Assembly: GCA_963740805.1 (NCBI GenBank)
Contig: CAVUFL010000004.1
Coordinates: 106,966 to 170,965 of the forward strand
Source: an uncultured Alphaproteobacteria bacterium
GTDB taxonomy: Bacteria; Pseudomonadota; Alphaproteobacteria; Rhizobiales; Methyloligellaceae
Length of the DNA stretch: 64,000 nucleotides
Direction: 5' to 3'
The notes under the pieces are model-generated. The model had not been told where the DNA came from. It ran no database searches and was given only the letters and a program-made list of their open reading frames with translations. The translations under genes were made by a program, and so were the position numbers. Shown piece by piece: positions 31,630 to 41,505 of the stretch. Every line of letters begins with the position of its first letter. The first letter of the stretch is position 1.

Positions 31630-31845
31630 GGCGGATCTTCCTCTGGTTTCGCTGTAATGGCGCCTTTGAGGCTATGCGAAAGTCTGCGTCGACGCAGCAA
31701 AATTGCAAACTTGCCGGCAACCCAGGTCTTCTGCCCACCCGGCCATGCGACGTCTTTTGGTTTCGACTGTGTCGGAAATACCACCATATTTGGTTCCAGA
31801 ACCCCTATAGTCGTCATCAGAGATTCTAAACGGGGGACTGAAACC

Positions 31846-31953
31846 ATGCGTGTCTTGATCATTTGCGCCATCGTCATCACCGGTGCGGTTGGCCTCAGCG
31901 GCTGTTTTCATCACGAAAAGGCCGTGACGCAAGAGCCGTTGAAGCTTGGATAA
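31846..31953 (+). CDS. 35-aa lipoprotein
   Basis: RBS GGGGGA; MRVLIICAIVITGAVGLSG-C lipobox; followed by a terminator. Confidence 0.7.
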   Translation: MRVLIICAIVITGAVGLSGCFHHEKAVTQEPLKLG

Positions 31954-32015
31954 TTGAACCGGCGAACTGACGCGCGGTATTCGATTTTTCCTGCACTTAT
32001 CTCTCGGCAAATGCC

Positions 32016-32050
32016 AGCCTCGGTCGAGCATTCCTCGGCCGGGGCTTTTT
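32016..32050 (+). terminator. intrinsic terminator
   Basis: AGCCTCGGTCGAG-CATTC-CTCGGCCGGGGCT followed by TTTT. Confidence 0.65.
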
Positions 32051-32158
32051 ATGCGGCGAAGCGAACGCAACCTTGCGTTGGGGGCCGGTTCTGTGCCGAG
32101 GGCGGTGGCCATGACCCAATGCATGATGGCATCGTAATCCGACGCGAATTTCCCGACC

Positions 32159-33031
32159 TTGGCGGACGGAGACGAACTCCTCATCGTCGCCCCTCGGTCA
32201 CCAATCGCGAGGAGAGCCGTGCGACGGGCGGCGTTGACCTTCATTCTGATGCTGCTCGCCCTGATGCTGCTCGCCCAAGGCTGCAGCGCTCAGTCCGATC
32301 TCTACCTTATCGCGCTGATGGGTCAGTCCAACATGGAAGGACGCGGAGAGCTGTCTGAGCTTCCCTCTGACTTTCCCGCCAATCCTGCCAAGATCTGGAA
32401 CTTCACCAATGCCTATAAATGGGTGCCTGCCAAGGAGCCCATCGACTCACCCGAAGGTCAGGTCGACGTTGTCTCGATCGGCAGGCGAGGGGGCGTAGGG
32501 CCGGCACTGGCGCTTGCCGATGCCTTCGTGTCAGCTCACCCCTCGACCTCGGTTGGGCTCATTCCCTGTGCGCGAGGGGCAACCAAAATCAGCGAGTGGC
32601 TGAAGACGCAAACCGACGACCAGCGGAGCACGCTGTACGGCTCGTGCATGAACCGAATAAAAACGGTCTCCCCTGCCAATGGCACGATCAGGGCGGTGAT
32701 CTTCTGGCAGGGGGGCAGCGACGCGAAGAATGAGAAGGACGCTCTTTCGTGGAAGGACCGTTTCACGGCCTTCGTCGCCGAGCTGCGCGCCGATCTCGGC
32801 AACCCTGATCTCCCCGTCATCATGGTGATGCTCGGCGACCCCGATGAGAAGGTCGCGAAGAAATATCCCTATTGGCAAGTCGTGCGGGCACAGCAGCACG
32901 CGGTGGACATTCCCGGCGTCGCCAAGATCGAGGCAAATGGATACGAGCGCAGGCCGGACGGGATCCATTTCACCACGAAGGGCCAGCTCGCTTTTGGCGC
33001 GGCTCTTGCGAGATTGCTGCCAGCCCCTTGA
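32159..33031 (+). CDS. sialate O-acetylesterase (SASA/SGNH family), exported
   Basis: LMGQSNMEG, FWQGGSD, DGIHF catalytic blocks; hydrophobic N-terminus with AQGC lipobox-like site. Confidence 0.88.
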   Translation: MADGDELLIVAPRSPIARRAVRRAALTFILMLLALMLLAQGCSAQSDLYLIALMGQSNMEGRGELSELPSDFPANPAKIWNFTNAYKWVPAKEPIDSPEGQVDVVSIGRRGGVGPALALADAFVSAHPSTSVGLIPCARGATKISEWLKTQTDDQRSTLYGSCMNRIKTVSPANGTIRAVIFWQGGSDAKNEKDALSWKDRFTAFVAELRADLGNPDLPVIMVMLGDPDEKVAKKYPYWQVVRAQQHAVDIPGVAKIEANGYERRPDGIHFTTKGQLAFGAALARLLPAP

Positions 33032-33063
33032 AGCACGAAGACGCGCGGACCAGCAGCGTCATC

Positions 33064-34191
33064 TCAGGTCGAGAGCACCTGCTCGAGCCGCGCCTTAGCT
33101 TCGGCAAACACCTCAGACCAAGGACGGCGCTCCCGGTAGAGAAAGATCATGCCGGGGTACCAGGGCGAAGGACCTGATCGCGGCCAGACCGCGGAAGACA
33201 GATTGTCGTCGCGGACGTGCACGGTTGGCACCCCCATCATCCCGGCCACATCGATCGTGGTATTGCTGATCGACACGACTGCATCGAGCGCGGCGATCTG
33301 TGCGGCGTAGCCGTCGAGATCGGTCCATTGATCGATTTCAGGGTCGTGAATCACGCGGCCGCCGGTAATCTCCCGCATTAGCTCAAGATCACGCTCGATG
33401 TCGCCATATTGCAGCGAAACGAAAGTTGCCGGCGCCCAGGCGAGCAGCGGCGCCCAATCCTCGAGATCGGGCAGCACCTTGTCGGTATTTTTGCTGGTCC
33501 ATGAGAGGCCAATCAGCGGCCCGCCCGCCTTCGCGCGGTAGCGTCGGCGGAGTGCGCCGACCCGTTCCGGGTCGCCGCGCAACGGCACGAAGGAGCGCTT
33601 CATGTCCTCTGCGGTCTTGACCGTGTGCAAGGCGACCGTTTCGTAGTAGGCGGCAATTTCGGCCTCGGCCAAGGCCGCGGCATCGTCGATGCCCCGCGGA
33701 CGCACTTCGACCCCATCGAAGCTACGCTGCAAGAGGGGCACGAGGCGCGGTTCGGCAAGCACGACACAGCGGCGAGCCTGCCGCGCCGCAGGAGCAATGA
33801 ACCGCGCCAAGCGCAACTCCTCTCCAACGCGATCCCTCGGCGTATAGGCCCGGACCAAAACGCTCCGGCCGGCGAGATCGCTACCATCCCATTCGGGAAT
33901 AGGACTTGGTTGCTCAATTCGGGCGGCGCCAATGCGAAGCTCCCAGGCTCGCTCATAGAGATCGAGCCGAAGCAGCTTGTAGGAGGTTCTGTGCATCTTC
34001 TCGGCATTGCCTCCGGCCTCGACGGTCGCGGCAATTTCGAGGGCGTTCTTGACGAAGTCTTCGCGAGTGGTCTTCGCCTTCCGGGGGGCAGCGCTTTCGC
34101 TGCGGCGCTTTTCTTTGCTCCCTCTACGCCACCAGGTCACGAGGCGGCCGAAAGGGCCCCAGCGCGTCCGTTCTTGCAGCGAATTTGACAT
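33064..34191 (-). CDS. GT9-like domain protein of the TPR-glycosyltransferase type, with most TPRs missing
   Basis: PEWDGSDLAGRSVLV, EPRLVPLLQRSF, IGLSWTS, FVSLQYG, AALDAVVSISNT, SPWYP. Confidence 0.75.
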   Translation of the reverse strand: MSNSLQERTRWGPFGRLVTWWRRGSKEKRRSESAAPRKAKTTREDFVKNALEIAATVEAGGNAEKMHRTSYKLLRLDLYERAWELRIGAARIEQPSPIPEWDGSDLAGRSVLVRAYTPRDRVGEELRLARFIAPAARQARRCVVLAEPRLVPLLQRSFDGVEVRPRGIDDAAALAEAEIAAYYETVALHTVKTAEDMKRSFVPLRGDPERVGALRRRYRAKAGGPLIGLSWTSKNTDKVLPDLEDWAPLLAWAPATFVSLQYGDIERDLELMREITGGRVIHDPEIDQWTDLDGYAAQIAALDAVVSISNTTIDVAGMMGVPTVHVRDDNLSSAVWPRSGPSPWYPGMIFLYRERRPWSEVFAEAKARLEQVLST

Positions 34192-34845
34192 GAGCCTGCG
34201 GCCAGCAATTTGCGGGGAACTCAGAAGCGGCGAACATGCCGAAATGATACGTTGATGACAACGCCCAATCGCCCACAGGGCAGTGCCCGTCAATGATTCC
34301 GGAAGCTCGAAAGGCAACTTTAGCGGTATCGTTGCGCAACGGCCACATCCCACCCCTGAAGGTGAGTGGTTGATTTCCCCGGCAGAAAGCGGGGCGTTCT
34401 GACCTATTCCGCTTTATCGGCCCGCGATCGGCACCTTGCGGTGCTGGCGCGCAGGCTTGGCCGGCGCCCTGATCGACCTTACGGGCACCAGCGGCTCGAC
34501 GCCGGATCGCACAATCATCCGGTCGCCGTTCGGCTTCTCCCAGAGATCGTGCCCGTGCTTAGTCTTGCCGAGCTTGAGCCAGCCGCATTGTGACGCGCGC
34601 CACACGACTGCCGGCTTGAATATTTCGACCGGGCCAGATGGTCTTGGCTTCATGCTCAATCTCGGCAAGGCGCGAGCACCCTGTCTTGAGTCCAAGGCTG
34701 CGATTGCCGGATTAAATCAGACAGGCGTTAGCCAAGCGTTAACCGGAACCGCCTGCAGCGTTCGCCTTGAGGTCGCTCAAATTGCCGAGCGGGTTGGTGA
34801 CAAGGCGCCGGTTGTCTTTGTAGGTTCACGGCTCGGTCGTAGTTA

Positions 34846-34936
34846 GTGTGGTGATGGCAAGTTCCCCCCAAACTTCCATCATCACCATGCAGGGAATTCG
34901 AGGAAGCCCCGTCCCCCCGTACGGGGCTTCTTCTTA
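34846..34936 (+). ncRNA. candidate two-hairpin sRNA with C-rich loops
   Basis: TGGTGATGG-C-AAGTT-CCCCCCA-AACTT-CCATCATCA and GAGGAAGCCCCGT-CCCCCCGT-ACGGGGCTTCTTC-TT. Confidence 0.45.
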
Positions 34937-35185
34937 GCTGTCAAAAATCTGTGATCCTACCGACATGTGAGCGCCCTAAGGTGTAGTGCACTACCACCTT
35001 GGCCGGCGCGAGCGCCGGTCGCGGGATTTGCCTTGACCCAGCAAAGTCTCCACCTCGAAAGCCCCGCCCACGTGCGGGGTTCTTCTTGGCCATCGAACAA
35101 GATTGGTTGGCCTCAGAGATTGTCCGCGAGGCATGCTCTGCGGTAAAAAGGGGTGCTGTGGCCCTGTAATTTAGTGAGGCGTGTC

Positions 35186-35404
35186 GTGACGCTAGGCGTA
35201 GAGCTCATCAACGACCGAGATATCGTCATATCCAGTCCCGAATCCGGACTCTCGGTGACCTATCGAAAGGATGGCGACGCGCCCATGCTTGTCGCCATCG
35301 ACGGCATCGGTCGCGTTGTTGACCAGGCGAAGGTGAAGTTCTGGGCGCAAGCCTGGAAGGCGGCTCACGAAAAGGCGCGCGCGGTCGGCTGGCTAATTTC
35401 CTAG
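35186..35404 (+). CDS. small hypothetical protein
   Basis: RBS GAGG before GTG; C-terminal FWAQAWKAAHEKARAVGW resembles a recurrent small-protein pattern in Hyphomicrobiales (recalled, not searched). Confidence 0.6.
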   Translation: MTLGVELINDRDIVISSPESGLSVTYRKDGDAPMLVAIDGIGRVVDQAKVKFWAQAWKAAHEKARAVGWLIS

Positions 35405-35565
35405 TCGACGCCTCACCAAAATCTGTCATCCCCGATTGATTGTGACATTAGGGCGTCGTACGAGAAATCTACGTACGCATGCAGAACGCATCCGTCGCTG
35501 CCCCAGGCCATGCGGGGTTAGGCCTGGGCAGCTTTCAGAAACGTAGGCGTGGAGTGCGTCTGACC

Positions 35566-35755
35566 ATGGGTAAGAACAAGACCAAGACGGCGATCTATCA
35601 CCCGCCAAAATCGGGAATGCCATATTTGGTCGTGACTGTCTCGCCGGACGGCGTAACCGCTACTGCCGTCGCCTCAAAAGACGAAGCCAGGAATCCTTGC
35701 CTCGAAGAAGACGTTGAAGGTCGAGGTTCAAGACGCGACAAACGAGAAATCCTGA
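35566..35755 (+). CDS. small hypothetical protein (probable +1 indel near 35691)
   Basis: RBS GGAG; MGKNKTKTAIYHPPKSGMPYLVVTVSPDGVTATAVASKDEAR/ILASKKTLKVEVQDATNEKS*. Confidence 0.45.
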
Positions 35756-35794
35756 ACGAGATCAGTCCGCCTTCGCTGCAAGCGGGCCCGGTTC

Positions 35795-36022
35795 TTAGAG
35801 TCCAACTCCACTGCCGTAGTTTTCGAAGCGGTTCAAATCATCCGCGTCCGTGGCAGGGTATCGGTCGAGAAGCGCGTGAAGGCTCTCGCTCGACGCGGCC
35901 ATTCCTCGCCAGGTCTCGGCCAGGGTTGCGAAGGTATCGCGCTCTTCCGGAGTTGCGGCACTCTTCGAGAGCACGGCACAGACGCGGGCAATTTCGCGGA
36001 ATTTTTTGGGGTCTCTCGTCAT
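35795..36022 (-). CDS. small helical hypothetical protein
   Basis: RBS GGAGG; FREIARVC...AATPEERDTFATLAETWRGMA two-helix pattern. Confidence 0.6.
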   Translation of the reverse strand: MTRDPKKFREIARVCAVLSKSAATPEERDTFATLAETWRGMAASSESLHALLDRYPATDADDLNRFENYGSGVGL

Positions 36023-36175
36023 GCCTCACCTCCAAGCCAGGCGTAAGTCTTGACGCTCGCAGTCACCGATGCCTGTCTGTTCCCTCACCAATGATCATCG
36101 ATTGTGGGACCTGCGGCAGGGGCCGGCAATAACCCTTAAGGGTAGTCGAGCGGAGCGGCCACGGCCTGGCGCGGG

Positions 36176-36454
36176 CTACTCTTTGCTCTTCTTTCTTGCG
36201 GATGAGCATTCGGGAAATGTCTCGATGGCCGCTTCCGCGTATTTCTGGCTGGCGTAAGGCGATTTGCCGACCATGATGAAATCGTTGGGCACTTTCTTGG
36301 GCTCGACCTTGCAGTCGCCGGAGTTGGGCTTTCGCACCACATAGTAGTTTTTTCCGAGTTTCTTGGTGCTTTGGATGTTCTCGCCGGCGTAGGCAGAAGG
36401 AGGCCAGGAGAGCACGGCAAGGAGCAAGGCGAGGGAGAGCGCGATTCTTTGCAT
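36176..36454 (-). CDS. small secreted two-Cys protein
   Basis: Signal MQRIALSLALLLAVLSWPPSAYA; YYVVRKPNSGDCKV...VGKSPYASQKYAEAAIETFPEC. Confidence 0.7.
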   Translation of the reverse strand: MQRIALSLALLLAVLSWPPSAYAGENIQSTKKLGKNYYVVRKPNSGDCKVEPKKVPNDFIMVGKSPYASQKYAEAAIETFPECSSARKKSKE

Positions 36455-36635
36455 CGAAGGCATTCCGTTGTTTCCCAATGGCGAGCTTGCCGCGAAAAGA
36501 GCCGCAGTACCAGCCTGCGAATCGAGCATGGTTCGCCGGCCCTGTCGTGACTTTCTGGTAACGGTTTAGGCCTAATCTTTGCGGAGCGTTTTTGGGGAAC
36601 CGCTTGACGAAATTCGGGCGGGCTGGAGGGTCTCG

Positions 36636-36971
36636 ATGGTCAAGGCTTTTAAGATAACCGTTGCCGGCGCGGCCATGGCGATGGCGGCGCTATCGCTGTC
36701 GGCTTCGGCGCAGGCGGGAAACGGTTCGGCTGTCGGCGCCGGTCTCGCTGGATTTGGCATCGGAGCGATCCTCGGTGGCGCGCTTGCGCCGCGCGAGGTC
36801 TATGTGGTTCCGCCACCGCCTCCGCCGCCGGTCTATTATGGGCCCGTGGCTTACGGGCCGCCGCCCTGGACACCAGGCTGGTATGACTACTGCGTGCGGC
36901 GTTATCCAGGCTTCAATCCGCAAACGGGATATTTCGTGGGTCCGGACGGGCAGTTCTATTTCTGCCGCTAG
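36636..36971 (+). CDS. BA14K family protein
   Basis: RBS GGAGG; signal peptide, GAILGGAL, Pro-rich linker, WYDYCVRRYPGFNPQTGYFVGPDGQFYFC. Confidence 0.88.
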   Translation: MVKAFKITVAGAAMAMAALSLSASAQAGNGSAVGAGLAGFGIGAILGGALAPREVYVVPPPPPPPVYYGPVAYGPPPWTPGWYDYCVRRYPGFNPQTGYFVGPDGQFYFCR

Positions 36972-37554
36972 TCTTTGCGGTTGATCCAGTGTCCGTGGAG
37001 ACGGATGTCCGTGGAGACGAAGCGCAACACGCTCCGGGCAAACCTCCACGCTCCAAGGTGCTTTCGCCGGAAAGTCGAGGTTATCCTTGTGCGCACCCTC
37101 ACGTCTCGATCGAGCGACGCGCCGAGCCTCACCCTCACTCGCTGAGCTTGTCATCGAGCTCGGTGTTCTCAATCACTCACCATGCAAAACTTGGCCCTGC
37201 GTAGTCCAGAAGCCGCCCAGGGCGCGTCCTTAGGCCGCTTCACCTGCACGGGATCTCCCGTTCAGTGTTGGAATGGTGCGGAACCGGTACTCTAATTCTT
37301 CCCCCAAACTGTGTAGACGCGACCCGGGCTTCATAAAATGGATGGCTTGTCGCGGGCAAGATGCATCCGTTGGGTAGGTACCTTGGAAAGCGGCGCCCGC
37401 CTGGTGCCGCCGAAACCAACCTGAACTCCCACAGGAGCTTTGTCCTGCTTGCCAATAGGTTGCGATATTTCTGTAGCACAAGCTGCAGGCAGCGTTGTAA
37501 CTCTCCCCAATATGTCCCCTGATTTCGACCGCAAAGGCGAACTTTCCTCCATCG

Positions 37555-37700
37555 ACGCCGACCATCATTACCGTCGGCCGACTCGTCAGGCAGGAGGGTC
37601 TCGATGTCCTCCTTAAAGCCTGGGCCAAAGTCGCAGAAGCATTGCCGGGCTGGTGCTTGGCGATCATTGGGGGCGGCCCATTGGAGGCCGAACTTTTGGC
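37555..37700 (+). pseudogene. internal fragment of a GT4 glycosyltransferase
   Basis: Translates TPTIITVGRLVRQEGLDVLLKAWAKVAEALPGWCLAIIGGGPLEAELL, collinear with SPTVITVGRLVEQKGLDVMLAAWAKFVDRVPGWQLAIVGGGPLEAELK of the GT4 at 59978-61348; no start or C-terminus. Confidence 0.8.
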
Positions 37701-37880
37701 AACGGCGCTCAACACCGAAGACAGCGTGATGTCATTCGTGTACGAGTCTGGGCACTTGCGACAGACGCCGCTCCCCGCCTTGGATTTGTCACGCGTCCGG
37801 AGCACCCTCGGGAAGGCGCGCGACGTTAAGCTTGGCCGGCGCCGGGAGCCCGGCTACTCCACGGGCGGGAACAGGATCTC

Positions 37881-39458
37881 ATGCAAAAGGAAGACACTGC
37901 CCGCGACATCATCGGACAGACCTCCTTTGTGACGCGGGTTTCGACGCAAGGGCGCAACTATTTCACCCTTGTCGCCTGGCTCCTCTACTCCGTCTTCAAA
38001 GGCAGGGCGAAGTTGCTGACGACGGCTATCGTTCTCAACCTCGTTCATCTTGCCGCTCAGGCCGCCGCGATCTTCGTCATCTATTGGTACGCCAAGCAGA
38101 TGGAGAACGGAGGTCTCGTCACCGTCCCCTATTTGAACTTCGATGTGAATTTGAGGGACGAAATCCAATGGTTATGGCTAGTTGTGGTTGTCTCCACTGC
38201 TGGCTTTGTCATCAGCGCTTCGCTCCTGTACCTGTCCCGCAAGCTGGTGCTCGATGTCGTCGAGCAGCATTACGGGCAAAGCCTCGAGAAAGTCGTCCTA
38301 CTCTCCCGCCGCCTTCCCGATCCGAGAGCACGGCTCGCAAGTCGCCTTCTCATCGATTTCGGCATGGGGGGACTCTCCTACGGCTGCCGCCGCGGAGCCC
38401 TGATAGCGAGCACATTCGCCAATACTATCGCCGCCATGATCGGTGCGGTCGGGGCGAGCAGTGTTCTCCTGCACATAGACTTGCCACTCACGATGCTCAT
38501 CCTGGTATCGGCAATCTTGTCAACCCTGCTGCTTTATCCGCTGACGCTCCGCGCCATGCAGACTGCCAAGGCGCGGGAAAAGGCGGGAGTGGCCTTCAAG
38601 CGAGAAAGCCGTCGTCATTTTGAGGTCCGCACCAGCGAGCAGACCACGCATAGTATCCCCACGGCGGCAGGTGTCGCGCGCATGCTCTTGCGCCGCCGAC
38701 GGGTAACCACCCAGATCGTCTTCGCGATCGAGATTGGCGCCACGATCATCCTCAGTGTCGTGATTTACTATATGGCGAGCCAAGCCTTCTCGGGCAGAGA
38801 GGAGTGGGCCATCTTCATTGCCTATATCGGCGCGCTACGGATCGTGCTCGCCGGTGTCTCCGCAGCGATCCAAGCCTTTGCGAGCGTGAGCCGCTATTAT
38901 CTGCTCATCGTTCGCTACTACCTCTTCATGCGAGACTTCCGAGAAGCTGCAGACTATGCCGCTCGCCAGGGTCGAAGCGGGCGATAGCGTCATTCTCGGC
39001 ACTCTGCCAAACGGCACCGATGTGATCGCCAAGGCCGGCGACCGCCTAGCACTGATGACGAGCGATCCTGTGTACAAGGTCCTGTTTGCCTTGATTGACG
39101 CGAGGTTGCCGGAGCCCGCTCCGCCTGTTGGCACGGCCGTCGTCGGTTCTGGCGGAATTGCCGCTGGCGAGGGAGGGATCGGAACTTCGTTTATTTCGAC
39201 CAGCTCGATGGCAAAGGAGGAGTAGAGAGCATCGCGGAGACACTCAAGGACAGGGTGGCGCTCGTCGCTTATGGACACCCCGAGAAAATCGGCGCCTGCG
39301 GAGAGGCGGAGCTGCTCACCGTCACCGATGCCGAGCTCCGCCGCGTCGTGCCGGTTGGAACAGCCGAGAGTGAAGCGGCCATCAAGGAGGTCGAGCAAAA
39401 GTCGGTGAGCCGAAAGGCCGTGTTCGACGAAGAGGACGAGGACGAGGAAGACTTCTAG
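37881..39458 (+). CDS. ABC-exporter-like transmembrane protein with vestigial nucleotide-binding domain (two frameshifts, ~38940 and ~39180)
   Basis: Six-TM exporter-like N-part; continues as EKLQTMPLAR...GDRLALMT, then VYFDQLDG...RVALVAYGH...EEDF*; no Walker A. Confidence 0.6.
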
Positions 39459-39610
39459 CGGTTCGGCCACCGTCCTACGCTAAGGGCCTGGGCGCCACGC
39501 CACAGCCTGGAGCGCGATGCGTACCCCTGTTCTGGAGTTGTTTGCCACGCGAGTGACATTGTATAAACCGTCGGCAAATGCGGAAGAAAATCACGCTATT
39601 GGGGGGAGAC

Positions 39611-40446
39611 ATGAAGAAGCGCCTGCGGGGTGACATCGAGCACGGAAGGGCTGATTTCAAGAACTGGCAGGAACAAAATCCTTCCAAAACCTTCAAGGAT
39701 TATTTTGCCGAAACCATTGAACGGAAGCTGCTGAAAGGTAAGGCGCATAGAAGTCTCGGAAGCAATCTCAAAGACAAGCAATTCGGCGAGTCACGTGAAA
39801 TTTCGTGAGGAAGCTTACGAACCTCGGGTTGAAGGCGGATGACACCTGCGTCGACTATGGGTGCGGTACGTTGCGCCTCGGACTGTACCTCATTGCCTAT
39901 CTGCGCCGTGGCGCTTATTGGGGCATGGACGTCTCGGAATTTTTTTTGGAAGAGGGCCGCAAGCTGGTGGGCGAGGATCTCTGGGCCGAGAAGCAACCCC
40001 ACCTCCGCGTCATATGTCCCCAATCCGTTGCCGAGGCGGCCGCCAGCAAGCCGGCAATGCTCATTTCGTTCAAAGTGCTGAATTACGTTCACCCGGACGA
40101 GCTTGAGGAGTATGTGGTCAACATCCTGGAGATCATCGGGAACTCGGGCCAGGCTATCATCAGGGGAAAGTGGAGCGATACCGAGACGATTCGATCGAGC
40201 GGACGAAGCTGGGCTCACGGCATGCCCTTGATTGAGGAGCTGTTCGGAACCAAGGGTGGCCGGATCGAGATGATCGAAAACAAACCGGTCGAGCTTGGGG
40301 GGCTCGGGCGATTCGCCAGGATCGGGGCATTCCGAGTGAGGTGTCCAGCCGGAGGCCCTCCTATAGTGGGGGAGGAGGAGACAATTCAAAGCCGAGGCGC
40401 TGCCCACCGGCTCGACGGCGCTGATGGTAAGCACGGACGGGAGTAA
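39611..40446 (+). CDS. class I SAM-dependent methyltransferase (frameshift ~39800)
   Basis: RBS GGGAGA; GLKADDTCVDYGCGTLRLG motif I, YWGMDVSEFFL. Confidence 0.75.
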
Positions 40447-40462
40447 GCGTGGGGTGTTGAGC

Positions 40463-41503
40463 GTGAGCATTCAGGGGCACCCGATCGGTGAAGGATGCCC
40501 TACTTTCATCATCGCCGAGGTGGCGCAGGCGCATGACGGCTCGCTCGGTCTGGCACACGCCTTCATCGACGCAGCCGCCGATACTGGCGCCGCTGCGGTG
40601 AAATTTCAGACCCACGTCGCCGCAGCAGAGTCCACCTTGGATGAGCCCTTTCGCGTGCGCTTCTCGCGCCAGGACGAGACGCGGCTCGACTATTGGAAGC
40701 GGATGGAATTTACGCCAGAGCAATGGCAGGGCCTAGCGGGCCATGCGCGCGAGCGAGATCTCGTCTTCTTGAGTTCGGCCTTCTCGGTCGCCGCCGTCGA
40801 GCTTTTGCGAGATCTCGGCGTTGCCGCGTGGAAGATCGGCTCTGGCGAGTTCGCTTCACGCGACCTGTGGGAGGCGATGACCTCCACACCAGCACCGATC
40901 CTGTTTAGCACCGGACTCGCCAAGCACGCCGAGATCAGGGATGCGGTGAGCCTGTTTCGCTCGAAGGCGCTTCCTTTTGCCTTGTTCCAGTCCACGACGA
41001 GCTATCCTTCGCCGCTCGAGACGGTGGGGCTCAATGTGCTCGACGAGCTTCGGCGCGAGTTCAACTGTCCCGTGGGTCTCTCGGATCACAGCGGCAGCGT
41101 CTTTCCGGGGCTCGCCGCAGTTGCGCGTGATGCGAATTTGCTTGAAGTGCATGTAACCTTCGATCGCCGAATGTTCGGGCCCGATATGCCAGCCTCGCTG
41201 ACCTTCGACGAGTTGCGTTTGATCTGCGGCATGCGCGACGCCGTGGCAATCATGGACGCAAACCCCGTGGACAAGGACGAGATGGCAGAGCGCCTGCAAG
41301 GACTGCGAGACGTATTCGGAAAAAGCCTCGCACCGGTGAGCGCGTTTCCAGCCGGCGCTGCCGTGCGCCGGGAGATGCTGACGTCGAAGAAGCCGGCTGG
41401 GGGCATTCCGCCGGAGGCGATAGACGAGATCCTGGGGAGGAAACTGGCGCGGGATGTGACTCCTGACCGGATTCTTCGTTGGAGCGATCTCGCAAAGGAG
41501 TGA
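40463..41503 (+). CDS. neuB: N-acetylneuraminate (nonulosonate) synthase
   Basis: FIIAEVAQAHDGS, AVKFQTH, KIGSGE, GLSDHSG, EVHVTFDR, C-terminal SAF/antifreeze-like domain; start approximate. Confidence 0.92.
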   Translation: MSIQGHPIGEGCPTFIIAEVAQAHDGSLGLAHAFIDAAADTGAAAVKFQTHVAAAESTLDEPFRVRFSRQDETRLDYWKRMEFTPEQWQGLAGHARERDLVFLSSAFSVAAVELLRDLGVAAWKIGSGEFASRDLWEAMTSTPAPILFSTGLAKHAEIRDAVSLFRSKALPFALFQSTTSYPSPLETVGLNVLDELRREFNCPVGLSDHSGSVFPGLAAVARDANLLEVHVTFDRRMFGPDMPASLTFDELRLICGMRDAVAIMDANPVDKDEMAERLQGLRDVFGKSLAPVSAFPAGAAVRREMLTSKKPAGGIPPEAIDEILGRKLARDVTPDRILRWSDLAKE

Positions 41504-41505
41504 TC

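Noticed and set aside
31003-31953. 316-aa plus-strand ORF
   Set aside because: Only the last 35 codons (lipoprotein with its own RBS) look coding; the rest overlaps minus-strand genes.
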